Part shown: one piece after another, positions 38,335 through 50,900 of the stretch
How positions within the stretch are numbered: position 1 is the stretch's first letter
Layout of the letters: every line of letters starts with the position of its first letter
Source of the DNA: Phoronis australis
Lineage: Eukaryota > Animalia > Phoronida
Assembly: GCA_002633005.1 (NCBI GenBank)
Contig: NMRA01000063.1
Coordinates: forward strand, 414,010 to 478,009
DNA length: 64,000 nucleotides
Direction of reading: 5' to 3'
Position numbers and translations under genes: made by a program
Notes under the pieces: generated by a model
Database searches by the model: none
Told to the model about the DNA's origin: nothing
Seen by the model: the letters and a program-made list of their open reading frames with translations, nothing else

Positions 38335-38722
38335 TTGATTCTATTGTAATGTTAGTATGGAATGAATAAAGGTGCTGTCGATTCTATTGTAATGTTAGTA
38401 TGGTATGAATAAACGAGCTGCTGATTCTATTGTAATGATAGTATGGTATGAATAAACGTGCTGTTGGTTCTATTGTAATGATAGTATGGTATGAATAAAC
38501 GTGCTGTCGATTCTATTGTAATGATAGTATGGTATGAATAAACGTGCTGTTGGTTCTATTGTAATGATAGTATGGTATGAATAAACGTGCTGTTGGTTCT
38601 ATTGTAATGATAGTATGGTATGAATAAACGTGCTGTCGATTCTATTGTAATGATAGTATGGTATGAATAAACGTGCTGTTGATTCTATTGTAATGATAGT
38701 ATGGTGTGAATAAACGTGCTGT
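38335..38722. repeat. 43-bp minisatellite, 9 copies
   Basis: gattctattgtaatgatagtatggtatgaataaacgtgctgtt. Confidence 0.96.
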
Positions 38723-39177
38723 TAATAAAAAAAGTTTCATGAGAGTTGTAACCTTTAGCAATTGTGATATTTCAAAAGATTTGAAACCAATGAAATTAGA
38801 TACTTCATATGTAATTGTTCGCTCACATACCACACCGCGCGTTGTCATTGATTGTCATTTCACATGTTATAAATGATGTTTGATATTTAAAACGAATACT
38901 AAAAACCCGATGCATGGTAATGGCCGCGGAACAAAATAATTTTAAAGTTTTTTACATTGGTCACAAATGTTCCTAGAGAGTGTTGAAGGTTCACGATATG
39001 TACAATTATATTTAAAATAAACACAGCTTTGACCTAACGGCGACAAGATAATCTCAGAAAAGTCTGTTTCTTTTTGCTCGAAGTTAAACTGATTTTTGGT
39101 CGCAAGTGGAACCGTTTATTTCATCACAGTGCAGCCTGACGGTTTAATTGCAGTATATTTTGAATTAATTGACCTAC

Positions 39178-39382
39178 CTTCTTCCATTTTTCCGTAGAGC
39201 AAGTTTACGTCACTCTCGAAATGAATGATGTCTATTCCACCTGATTTGGGACATGTCGCTCCATTAAACTTGAAATACAAGGTTGCACAACACGCAATAG
39301 AACACCCCTTGGAGCCACGAAAATCGGTAAACAATGTCACGTGCAGACCGGATTTCGGGGATTTTTTCGGGTACACTTTGGT
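39178..39382 (-). CDS. PAN + 3xCTHRC1-domain gene, exon 2 (domain 1 core)
   Basis: ttttccag|..G|gtaggt; TKVYPKKSPKSGLHVTLFTDFRGSKGCSIACCATLYFKFNGATCPKSGGIDIIHFESDVNLLYGKMEE; cf. CTHRC1 CRNACCQRWYFTFNGAEC; phase 0-1. Confidence 0.92.
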
Positions 39383-40159
39383 CTGGAAAATTGAAATTCA
39401 TTTTAATCGAAGAGAAATGTCAATTGAACAGCAGAGGGCAAGCAGACTCTATTTGACTTCTAGTAAAGAATGCAGGCTGCGTTCCGCACTTACAGCGAAA
39501 AAGTTTCGTTTTTGAAATGGAAAAAATGATGCTATAATTAACATTCCGTCTTTCACCGCCGACCATCACTTCGGTGGCTGCCATTTTATTAGGGTGCGCT
39601 TGTTAGGTAGGATACGCGACCCAGTCACTCAAAATTTTTTTACACTTGCGACGTCAGTGGTGTAAGCCTATCCGACGGGATTAGACTACTCGGGGGATAA
39701 AACTGAACTATTTTGACCTGTCTCAAACATGCAGTGATGCGAACTCAAGGTTTAAATTTATAATTTTCATATTGGATGAATATCTCTCCGTCTTCATTAA
39801 TAAAATTTGCAATTTTTCAGCGCATCGTTTGTCGTGTTGCATATGCATGTACATGTGATTTGTTTGAGACTTGACACTGACAGGTTTTCCTTTCAAGGAG
39901 TAAAAGCCGCGGACGACGCCGGGAAGAACGAGTTTGCGATCTTTCTTTTAAATCAAAATACGTCACATGTCAAACCTCCTCAGCTCGCTAAATGTCGGGG
40001 TGTAAAACGTTATTGAGAGACTGAGACGCGTTTGCGTAATATGCACGCGAAACACGTACTTATCATTCTGCGTGGATTTGCGTGGTCTTGATTGTGTTTT
40101 GCGTCTACAGGTAATTGTGTTTTGCGTCTACAGGTAATTGTGTTTCAAAATGTTACCTG

Positions 40160-40430
40160 CAGTTTATGTTCTTCTGCCAATCTGGTCGTCCACTCTTGGT
40201 TTGTCTTTCCAATATAGAATTGTCGGATGTTGCCGAGAATTTCTTCAGAACAATCGTCCGTGTCGACTGAAAACAGTGATCGAGGTCTCATCACATTGAC
40301 TCTTGACAATGATGACGTAACAAACTCAGGCTCGGCTCCAGTTTTCCGCCATTCCACCAGACGAAGAAGGTCTCAAGATGAGACCGAAAGCTTGTGGTTT
40401 CTATGTAAACTTCATGACACCGAAAGGTAA
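40160..40430. mobile_element. Rearranged Penelope-like remnant
   Basis: Minus-strand YIGKTNQEWTTRLAEEHK (GIY-YIG motif) abutting a plus-strand 3' end with a hammerhead-like motif. Confidence 0.65.
40354..40397 (+). ncRNA. Degenerate minimal hammerhead ribozyme (Penelope type)
   Basis: ccac..ac-gaagaa ggtctc-aagat-gagacc gaaa gctt gtgg; the core lacks the U of CUGANGA. Confidence 0.6.
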
Positions 40431-41454
40431 CTTATCATTATTCAATTTCATAATTTCCCACATCCGGGACTCTATATCCGCCACACGGTTTGTATTGGAA
40501 ATAGTTTATAATGGACATAATAATATTTTATAGGCATAATAAATGGGTGATAAAGTAGCATTTGTGCTTCCAGAAATACAACTTACCCCAACACACGGGC
40601 TCCGGTGGGGCGGGACATTCGTTGCTATGGCTATTGTCACAGTCAGTGCAGTCTCGGCCACATACTGCAGGCGAGGGGCAAATTATTTCACAAGGAGAAT
40701 TCGGGCTTATCTGAAACGAATTTTTATATTTTTTATCTACAACCTTGCCATTGATTCGGATTTAAAATAGCATTTCAGTTTAAAGATAACGAAACGAATT
40801 ATAAAGAAGACTATACCAAACAAGCTAGACCGACAGAATGAACAATTGCAAGCTTGAAGCATTTTCTTCTATTTGCCGGTGTAGCATATATTAGTGACCC
40901 CGGGTCACTTTTTAATATTAAAAATGACACGGGTCGCTTTTCAATGGGATCTAAATTTAATATGAACTACTCTGAAAAAATGACCCCATGGAGCCATTTT
41001 TTCACATATAAATAAATGGTAGGTTAAAATCAAAGAACACAGACTTCATTTCTTGTGCATCTCCTAGAACTGTCTCGAATTCAATGGCGGTGTAAAAGAT
41101 AGAACTCCATTGCAGTTCATAGTCATACTTTCAATGAGCATAACGTTCAGCCTGTGCAAACTTTTCAACCAAGTTTTGTTAATCACATGAAAAGTTGAAT
41201 ATGTTTAGCGCAGCCCCCCCCCCCCCCTGGGTTGACACTTCCTTGGTGNGTGTCCCCTCCCCTGGACGACAAAGGCTCCCTGCCCTCTCCCCCTGGTCGA
41301 CCGACAACTCCTTGGCGCACCCCTAAGTCGACAATGGCTCCTTGGCTCCAACTGTTGACACCTCGTTGGCGCAACACCTGGTCGACAAAGGCTCCTTGCC
41401 CTCCTGACTGAATTCGATCTCAGTTACAAGTACCAAGCAGATGTGAATTTGACG

Positions 41455-42215
41455 CGTTTAGCTCAAAATCTTAGTTTGCACTTAATGACATTTGATCTAT
41501 TGTTTCTAATTGGATGGCTCGATTGCTGAGTGAAGTAGTGTATTTGATTGGCATTTGTACGCTTACACCTGCGTGTTGAAATTGGAGAGAATTCCTTGAA
41601 AAATGTAAGAGAATTTAAAGTTTGAAAATTATATGACCTTTGCACTAATTGGCCCTATCCGGTGAAAAGTGGGTTTAATGCTAAGATTCACAGTTGTCTA
41701 ACTGGTAATTCATCAGAAAACGTGTTAAATGAAAGGTCAAAATTTCAGATGAAAAATGCACTTAGTGACCCCATGGTTGCAGCAAATGACCTGAGAGTCT
41801 AGAATTAGAAGAACTCGATTACATGTACAATATTTGGAATTTGAAGTGTCTACGTCAAAATCTTAGTATGCACCCAATGACATTTAACCTATTTTTTCTG
41901 ATTAGATGGACAGATTGCTAACCAAAGTAGTGTATTTGATTGGCATGTACGTTTACAGTTGTGCGCTCAAATTGAAAATTGTAGGAGATGATTTTGAAAA
42001 TTAGATGATCTTTGCTATAGTTGACCCTATCCGGATCATTATAAACGAGTGTAGTAGAATCATTGCAACGTCCGTGAAAAGTGTGTCTCATGCTGAGAAT
42101 CACAGTTGTCTAACTGTTGACACATCAGAATACGTGTTGAATGAATAGGTAAAAGATTCAGAAGAAAAATGCACCTAACGACCCCATTATTGCTCCAAAT
42201 GACCTGAAACTTTGG
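41455..42215. repeat. Diverged ~390-bp tandem duplication (2 units)
   Basis: tcaaaatcttagt(t/a)tgcac at 41463 and 41855, with colinear similarity to aaatgacctga. Confidence 0.85.
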
Positions 42216-42299
42216 ATTTGGTACTGCATTAAAGAATTCTGTTTCCTTGAAGCTTACATCTTTCTAAAGCTCGGGCAATTCAGCACACCAATAGGGTTT

Positions 42300-43665
42300 C
42301 CTTTTCACTTACAAAAGCTATTGCTCTACAGACCAGAATAGAATCAATTAATTCTCTCATAGCCGTATTAAAAATTGCGGATTTCATGAAGTCTTCGGGA
42401 ATTGACTGCACGTTATATTTCTTAGGAGAATCAATGCCAACTTAATTTAAATGTGAAGAGTTGCCATTATAATGCACGGAAAATCTAGGGCAACTAAAGA
42501 ATAATCTGCTATATGGAAAACACCAAAAAGGTCACTCAAGTGATGAAATTTGTCCAGCAATTCCCCGAGTGTATAAAATTTCATGTTGCGTAAGAACGTA
42601 GTCAACAGCCGAAGAACCCCTTCCCGAAACGACTGTAAAGCTATCATGTTCGGGACTTACTCGCCCATTGAGAACAGAGAACTTTGTGTCAATACAAAAT
42701 TTCAGGAGGGAATCCTCATGTCTATTTTTAGAAAATCTAAAGACTGTCTAGGTGGTGATTACGTCGACAACCTGCACATAATCTTTCATGTCTTTTATAC
42801 GGGCATTAAAGAGGCATGGAACGCGAACCCTCGTCAAAAATATCTTTTAAAGAATTCCTGATTAAAGTACCATCCCGCAACGTCTAGTACAGAGTAATTC
42901 AAATTCCCCTGTGAGGTAATTTTCGGAAAAAAATCACAAAATTCGCGGTTTTTGAAATACGCGCGAATGAAAAACTCTGTGGTCACCACAATGTTTCTAA
43001 TCTCCCTCCTACTTATAATAAATGCGCGCATGCGCTCACAGTCAAATGTCACATTTTCCATGTATGGAAAATGAACTACATCTATGTCTTGCCATACCAA
43101 ATAAGGAGACGTGCTCTTGATTGTTTTTTGAAATTTGAAATTAAAAGAAAATGCTTTGATATCAACAGAAATTAAATATCTTTACGAACAAATCCTAAAA
43201 GTACCTGGTAAGCAGGCAAAAATTCAATTTCAGTGGCAGAGAAGCACTTTCAATATTAGAAAATATACAGAGTCAACAAGGAAAAACAAGTGACATAACA
43301 AATAAAGAGTGAACTTTTCACAAGGGGAATTTTCTGGAGCTAAATAACAGACTAATATTACAAACTTATAATCAGAAATCACATCACTCAATTGCAGCCC
43401 AATTATGCCATCATGAGATTTATCAACAACCTTAACAGTATATTAAGTTGAGTCAACTAATACTCCTATTTCCCCAAACGGCCTAATAGCACGCGTATGC
43501 ACAGTGTTTCTATTATGGCCATATCAAACAAATCTTTCTACATAAATATTATCGACTTTAGCCAAATGGGTTTCAACAATATAGAAAATAACTGCTTCGG
43601 ACCCACGAATTACTTTCTCTCGCAGACCTTTGTTATTCTATGTCCAATCATTTGCATTCCGGGGG
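42300..43665 (-). mobile_element. LINE (RTE-X/L2-like) apurinic endonuclease fragment, split by an insertion at about 42805-43230
   Basis: NANDW..KGLREKVI..IFYIVETHL..GHNR..YLAPENS / FNARI..LLKFCIDTKFSVLNGR..FT..GRGSSAVDY, with stops and frameshifts. Confidence 0.8.
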
Positions 43666-44026
43666 AAATTCGTGTGGAAATTTCATTTTTCTGTAAATTT
43701 TCTGAAAATATTGTCATATATGAGGCACCGTACATCAAAGGATCTCCATACGTTTTCTCGCCGAATCGTTATCTTATACGGGAAATAATTAGTTAGGTTT
43801 TACCCGTTAGTTTTTTACTGTTCGGGCTTGTATTGAGGGTAAATATGTTTTCAGGAAGTATATGCTTAATTATTGTCTTACACTCGCCAATATACTTCCT
43901 CATATAATTGATTTACAGCAAGACAGAGAGACTGACAATTGTTGTAGACCACCTGTTGCGAAATAACATCTCTTGCACCATTATTAAACTTATTATTACA
44001 GGCATTTCAGAAAATTACATGCTTAC

Positions 44027-44359
44027 ATTCCACAAAGGCTTCGGCACAACAAGATGGCGTTGTCCAGTACACCTCGCGACCTCTTCTTCAGATACTGTAG
44101 TGTCATTCACGCTGTCGTATAGAAAACAAACGCCAGAGTTTTCAGAATGAAATACAGACTTACATCGCTCATTCTTCTTGCATTTGATCGCACATTCTAA
44201 TTCACTTCGAGCTAAAACTTGCTGAAATGCCAACTGAGGTCTCGACAACGTGACTTTGGTAGTCCACGTACGGTAAGATTCATTGCACACCATAATCTCG
44301 GAAAGCTTCGCGGGCTGTATCAGAAACAGAACTAGAAAGGAGGCCAATACAAAATACAT
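44027..44359 (-). CDS. PAN + 3xCTHRC1-domain gene, exon 1 (signal peptide + PAN/apple domain + start of domain 1)
   Basis: MYFVLASFLVLFLIQPAKLS signal-like; SELECAIKCKKNERCKSVFHSENSGVCFLY is a PAN cysteine pattern; donor AAT|gtaagc is phase 0 and matches exon 2. Confidence 0.88.
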
Positions 44360-44563
44360 GTCGACCCAGCATGGAGGACTGTTTCAACACAATGTATGCT
44401 ATCACACAGTTTCAAAAGTAATGTGTTTTTACCGTCATGTTATGCTACAGGGTACCTCGAAAACGCCTTCCGTCAAAAACATTCGATTTCGACAACTTGC
44501 TTATGAAATTGGTCTTAAGAATAGGTCAAATATTATTTAGTAAAATCGGATATGATGAATTCT

Positions 44564-45310
44564 GAGAGAGAGAGAGAGANTTTATTTGTAGTGGAGCTAT
44601 TTTGTACATATTGCATTGCAGTAGTTGGTATAGATGGCAATTTCATGACCAGATGTTCAATACATATAAACATATTTACACATTCACAATGTTAGAGTTT
44701 CCTGTCTAATATCATAAGCCTTTAATATAAATAAGGATAATCTTTTCAGAAGATTGCAAGAGTTTGTTTTGAATAAGTATTTGGCGTTTTCGATGTCAGA
44801 ATGCTTTCTGGATATTTTTGGTAAAAATTCATTCTAATATCGTTTAGTACAGGGCAGTTAAATAACAAGTGTATTTCGACTTCCAATTTCTGAGCGGTTG
44901 CAAATTTCACAAAGCCTCTCTTCCTTTGGAATGTCATGCCTACCAGTTTCTATTTTCAGTTGATGTCCAGAGCACCTGAATTTGGCTAGTATTCTACGTA
45001 AAGCTGGTGGTAGACAGTAAAGATATTCTGCACAAGATAAATATGTTTTGATGATAGAGTAAAATGAGCACTTGCTGAAGTTCTGCACTGACATCCTCCA
45101 TTCTTGGGCACCACAATCCAACAATCTTTGCTTAAATTCTAATATAAATAAATCAATATTTCCCGGTCCACTTATCCACATCTCCCCAAACCCGTATCAG
45201 AATAACATATTTTTAACTGCACTGGTCATATTTGCTCGTCCTCTTTCACAATCTTCCCGCAGCATCCTGTAACTTTTCTTTTTTGGCCCCGAGTAGATTA
45301 TTGGTTTGCA
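44564..45310 (-). mobile_element. RTE-X-like LINE 3' end
   Basis: FKQRLLD...LAKFRCSGHQLKIETGRH..PKEERLCEIC..HLLFNCP; AATAAA then a (TC)n tail at 44564-44586. Confidence 0.85.
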
Positions 45311-46114
45311 CAAGTATTTCACAGATAATAAATGCCTGCCGCATTCTTCTCTTGTCATAACGTTACTTGTTTTCTGTGGGACACCAGCAACCCATTTACT
45401 GAAATCATTGCGAACACTTTCTATGTCTTTCGAATATACTGGACCCCATATCTCGGCACCGTATCACTGTGGTCTTTGACAGAACTGACACTAGGATTGG
45501 CACTAGAGGTCACTGTGTGCTGAATATCACGTGGTATCAAACAATAACTAACTGCCAGCATAGATATGTATTAGTCTATGCTGCCAGTTCCTCTCGAAGC
45601 CTAGGAATCCTGAATTCAGTCCGACATAACAAATTTGCGACCAGTTTCATAGCCATAAATGGTCATCCCCGGTGATAATGGTACACCCCCCACCCAGCTC
45701 CCTAATCACGTCATCAAAGTCAACCCGCGTTTTTGTAGAACTGGCGGTTTCAGTTGTTGGAGATTCCGTCATCAAACATGCCCTAATGCTGTAGTTTGTG
45801 AACGTGGTTTATATATAGGCTAGCCAAATGAAATACGATCATAAATTAGAAGCGAGAAATGGCGAGTCCCGGTTTTGAAATTAGTCAATTCAGCAGTTTC
45901 CTAAGGACATGTACTGTGACACTATGAATCTAACCCTACCCCTCTGTCATAAATCGTCATTTTTTCAAACCCTCTACCCCTTGAGTGATGATGTCATGTG
46001 TGAATGCCTCCTTAGTAGTCTAAATCATTTACTTCGCCTGAGACTGTTCAGACGAACTAGCGACAATGAAAAATCCTATGGTTGATCCAATACAGAAATT
46101 GATTTTTTGGCGCT

Positions 46115-46220
46115 GGCTTATGTGGCAAGAGTTTGATTAACTTGACACCCCGGCTTATGTGGCAAGAGTTTGATTAACTTGACACGTTGGCTTATGTGGC
46201 AAGAGTTTGGTTAACCCTGA
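46115..46220. repeat. ~38-bp tandem repeat, 3 copies
   Basis: ggcttatgtggcaagagtttgattaacttgacac. Confidence 0.9.
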
Positions 46221-47231
46221 CAGAAGCCGGGGTGTCAGCCTCCCTTTCCGCGTTTCCGGTTTGCAAGTGACAGAGTGTTCTGATTCTAAAATCGTAGAAT
46301 TCGTATTTTCTTTGACTTGAGTGAGATGCATTTTTAATTATCCTGTAAGTAGGGTCTAATTCGCAATTATTCAATAATGAGAGAAAATCCCATTGGCTGG
46401 CGCGGTACGTGATTTAATGAACATAATTCAACAAATTACAAGCTGAAAGCGAGGCGGTGATAGGGACGCACTGTGCGACTGTATGATTGCAGAAGGGTCT
46501 ATATCCCTGGGAGCCATTAGTTACACAAACATGCTACTTATGAACTCGTCAGTACTACAAACATGTGCGTATCACTTTCTGATTTTATTGCCGACAAAAC
46601 GTGAACAGTGACAAATGTTTATAGAAATGACATTTACAAATCTTCATTTTGCAGCCCATAGTAAACAGATCAGATATCCCGATTTGCCACTGTGCCTATA
46701 AGGTGACCGATTTGATGAATAAAAGTGATATCGACCAGAATTAAAAATATTACTTATGAACATGTAATTTAACAGAACATGTTAAGCAACTATTTGCGAG
46801 GTGTAAAATGCAACCACCTATATCCCTATCGATCGTCGACAGTCATTTTTCAATGAAACAAACCGAGTTACCTCACTTGTGGTGTGCGTAGACTAAGGCT
46901 AGAAACATTTCTAAGACAAGGAGCACTCAACAAAGAACATACAATTACGACAACAGTGTTGATAGGCTCGTTGCAACAATAATTAGGTGTGCGTAGACTT
47001 GAACGAAAATAAAAAAAAATTATACCTTAGGCCTATATGTGCGAATTAGGAATCTGCAACAAAGTGAACTCAAAATGATTTTTTCGAGATAGACTTGACT
47101 GAAGGCCAGACGTTGTCTGTTGTGCATATGCATGCCAAATTAATTATTTGAACGTGTTGTGCATGTGCATGTCAAATTGAATGTTTGAACGTGTTGTGCA
47201 TGTGCATTGTCAAACTGAATGTTTAACATCA

Positions 47232-49506
47232 GCTCACAGGTGTTACAGGTATCGTCGACGACATTATTGTCTATGGAAAGAAGGCTGACGGAAGCGACCA
47301 TGACGTGAACCTAGAACCTCTCATGAAGCGCGCTCGACAGACAGGAATAAAGTTCAATACGGTGTAGTGAAATGCCGTTTTTCGGTCACATAATTAGTCG
47401 CAACGGCATACGCCCTGATCCACGCAAGACTGAAGCCATCGCCCGTATGGACCCTTCACAAAGTCCCGAAAGTCTTCAAACCTTCTTCGACATGACCCAG
47501 TTTCTGAGCCGATTCACTCCCAAGTTAGCTTCGGTAGCCGCACCACTAAGGGACCTGATCAAAAAAAAGAACGAGTTCATCTGGGGACCTGAGCACCAGA
47601 AGGCAGTAGATCAAGTCAAAGCCCTAGTCACCAATCCAGAAACACTGCAGTACCATGATAATTCAAAACCCCTAGTAGTACAGGTCGACGCCTCATCCAA
47701 AGGTCTAGGAGCCGCACTACTCCAGGAAAGTGGATCAATCGAGTATAGAAGGAAACTGCTAACAGAAACCGAATCGCGTTATTCTAATATTGTGAGAGAA
47801 TATCTGGCGGTCGTGTTTGGTCTGGAAGCCTTCCACCATTACATATATGGCAGACATGTTCAAGTGAACTCTGACCATAAGCCGTTGGAATTTATTACGA
47901 AGAAACATATCTCAAGCGCATCACCCCGGCTTGCCCGTATGCTGCTAAAGACCCAGAAATATGACTTCGACTTAGTGTGCGTAGGCAAGAACAAAGTTCC
48001 ACTAGCAGATGCCCTATCACGCATTGACTCATGTGCTGCAGATACAATCCCAGGATTTGACATAACCATACACGAGATACAGCTCCAACTGCATGCCAGT
48101 CTTACTCGTCTGACTCAGATCCGCTATGAGACAGCGAAGGACCTTGAGATGACGGTACTACGAAACATGATTGCCAACGGATGGCCTAACTCCAGAGCTG
48201 ATTGCCCCACCACGGATACTGGAACTTCAGAGACGAGTTGGGAGTTGAAGATGGAATCATTATCAAAGGAAGACGTATAGTCGTGCCACAATCATTACGC
48301 CAAACAGTGCTCAAACAGAGTCATTATGTCTGCTAAGACTAGACGTTCCACCTAGACCGTGGCACACACTTGGTATGGACCTATTCTACTGGAAACAGAA
48401 GGACTATCTCTTAGTCGCTGACATGTACAGCAAGTTTCCCATCGTACGAAGATTACACTCAACTACGTCCGGTTCTGTCATCAACCATTTGAAGACCATA
48501 GTAGATGAACACGGTCTCCCCGAGAAGGTCGTCTCAGGCAACGGACCACAGTTCTCATCATACGAGTTCAAACAGTTCGCTAAAGTATACGAACTAGAAC
48601 ATATTACAACATCACCGATGTTTCCCCAAGCGAACGGAATCATCGAAAGAATGGTACAGACAGTGAAGAATCTATTTATGACCAAGGCCTTCGAGACAGG
48701 CAGTGACCCCCACTTGGCAATGTTGTGCCTAAGATCAACACCGATTGACCACAAAACTCCGTCTCCAAGTGAACTGCTCAACGGCAGAAAGTATCGCACC
48801 ATGCTACCTTCTTTGCATATCCAAGGGGAACGGCGAGAACAACGAAACACTTCAAATGCGCCAAGAAGCACAGAAGCGCAACTTCCCCGGCTCAAAACAG
48901 TTACCTCCACTACATCTGAACGACAATGTACGCATGCTAAATACAGATACCAAGATGTGGGAACCTGGACAGGTTCTCGGTCAGGAAGTCATGACACCCC
49001 GATCGTACAAGGTGACAACCAACCGATGACCTTTCCGTCGCAACAGGAGACATTTGCGCAAGACCTCAGAAAATTTCGAAATTGACCAGCAAACCGAACT
49101 CGACACATCGATGCCAGAAGAACCAAATATCCCTGACGAAATTCCTACTGATACTCATGCGACTACCTGAAGTGGACGTGCTGTGCGGGAAACCTCAGCG
49201 GGATGACTTGTGAAAACGGAGCATTTTATTTTATTAGTTTTTTGTTAACACCTTAAGTTTTACAAGGAACATTTATCGTCGTAGTTTAAAGGATATTAGA
49301 CTTTTTATACCAGCTTCATTTGTTTCTTCAAGAAGGGGAGATGTAATATTTATTAGTAACAAGTAACTGTTAGCATTAATCCCATTGTGCCTAACATATA
49401 ATGCAGTGCTTCTTCCTGTATGATGTAGTGTGTTAAGACGATATAATTTTACTCTTACTTTCATCTTGTGGGATCATCAAGTAACCACACCACATCCAAT
49501 ATAACA
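47232..49506 (+). mobile_element. Ty3/Gypsy LTR retrotransposon remnant (RT end, RNase H, integrase, PPT, 3' LTR)
   Basis: IVDDIIVYG; FFGHII..GIRPDP; QVDASSKGLGAALLQ; SDHKPLE; ADALSR; RPWHTLGMDLF..SGNGPQF..PQANGIIERMVQTVK; PPT agaaggggaga then TGTAAT (49342) to about ATAACA (49506). Frameshifts; HHCC region deleted; no gag or 5' LTR. Confidence 0.93.
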
Positions 49507-50286
49507 TAACAAAGAGACTGTTATCGTGAGTTTCCCAGGCAGGGATGTGGAGTGCAGGGGCAGTTCAAGGATTTTGAGTTGGTCGGGGGGGCATGGCACA
49601 GGAATAACCAGAATTTCGCCTCATGCGCGCGCCCAACCTAAAAATGACATTACGGTGTTTTCCCGTTGCTCCCAACTTGTTCGATTTTATAGCCCAACAA
49701 GTTGGGAATGATCACCCCTGTAGCCAATATCTTACACGACTGATTATCTCCATTCTGGCATTTACGATTGGAGGGCCAGCTCTCTTTTGTTCGATAATTG
49801 CTCAAATCTCCAATGAGATCGTATCAACGGCGTGACTGAGCTGTGCTGTAAAAAATAAAAGTTAAGTTTTAACGTATTTGAGCATAAACCAATAACATTT
49901 CTGAAATCCTCGTCAAATGGTGATCATGTTTAGTTTTTGAATCGCCAAAATCGCCCAACTACAACCGAAGTTACGACAATCTATTCTTTCCGAACGTACC
50001 AATCCACTCTGGGTTGACTGTGTTAACACGTAGTCTGTAATAAGCCTTATTTTGGCCTGCCTGTTGTCATACCAGACAAAAGACTGTGCTGGGCAGTCAA
50101 CAAAGAAGCTAGATGATATCACACGCTCATAATTCATCTACCGATATGGGTGATTATTGACCTTCAGCTCATCATAAGACTTGGTCCCATTTGAGTAAAC
50201 AATGAGTAACACCATGGCTGTGATGAGACTGTATACCTATACAGTGCATCGGTTCTAGCCTTTCCGTTGACTATTGGAGTGTAACA

Positions 50287-50900
50287 GGTTACTACTTCGA
50301 TGGCCCACTCCGAAAAAAAGAACAACTACTCCGAATGTGCACTACTCCGAAAAAACACTGTTACTACTTTTTTCACTCGATCTTCCTAAATTTTCGCAAA
50401 ATGTCACGAATGGTTTATTAATTTGTTACTAACAAAATACCAACACAAAAAAAATTTGGACAATGAAGTCCAATGACTTATATCTGCCATTCTTACTGTC
50501 TTTGTAGTTAACAACTCTTGTATTCTTTGAAGTTCGCGCACCCGACGGGGGGGCTCAAATGAGCCCCCCATTTGGCGAAATGGGCAAAAAGATCCGCCTC
50601 AAAACAACAAAAAGTCCGAGAAAAGTGGACAAAGGTCCACTTATAAGGCGCGAATGCACAATTCATAGCCCTGAACGTGATATCCCGTTTTCTAGTCCCG
50701 TTTTTTGTTTGTAAAAGGTCCACATTGCCAAGAATTCGAGCTCCCCATATTTTAAACTGGGTGCCCGCATGTATTAGTGTTAAAAAATGAAACAAATGCG
50801 TTCATATTTGGAGGAAGCGTGGGTTTCTTCGGAGTAGTGTTTTCTTTTCGGAGTAGAGGTTTTTCGGAGTAGTGGTTTTTTGGAGTAATGGGCAGTAACC
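50287..50900. mobile_element. MITE with ggttact/agtaacc ends and inverted actactccgaa subterminal repeats
   Basis: Repeats oriented oppositely at the two ends; no TSD seen. Confidence 0.6.

Noticed and set aside
25248-39515. Plus-strand motif PG(F/L)EHS.SLN..Y recurring at about 25260, 34510 and 39240, first taken for a repeat family
   Set aside because: It is the antisense shadow of the conserved FN..EC..PG segment of the three CTHRC1 domains.
43500-43700. Candidate second exon of the PAN gene (first read as galectin-like)
   Set aside because: In-frame stops; another frame is clearly a LINE endonuclease.
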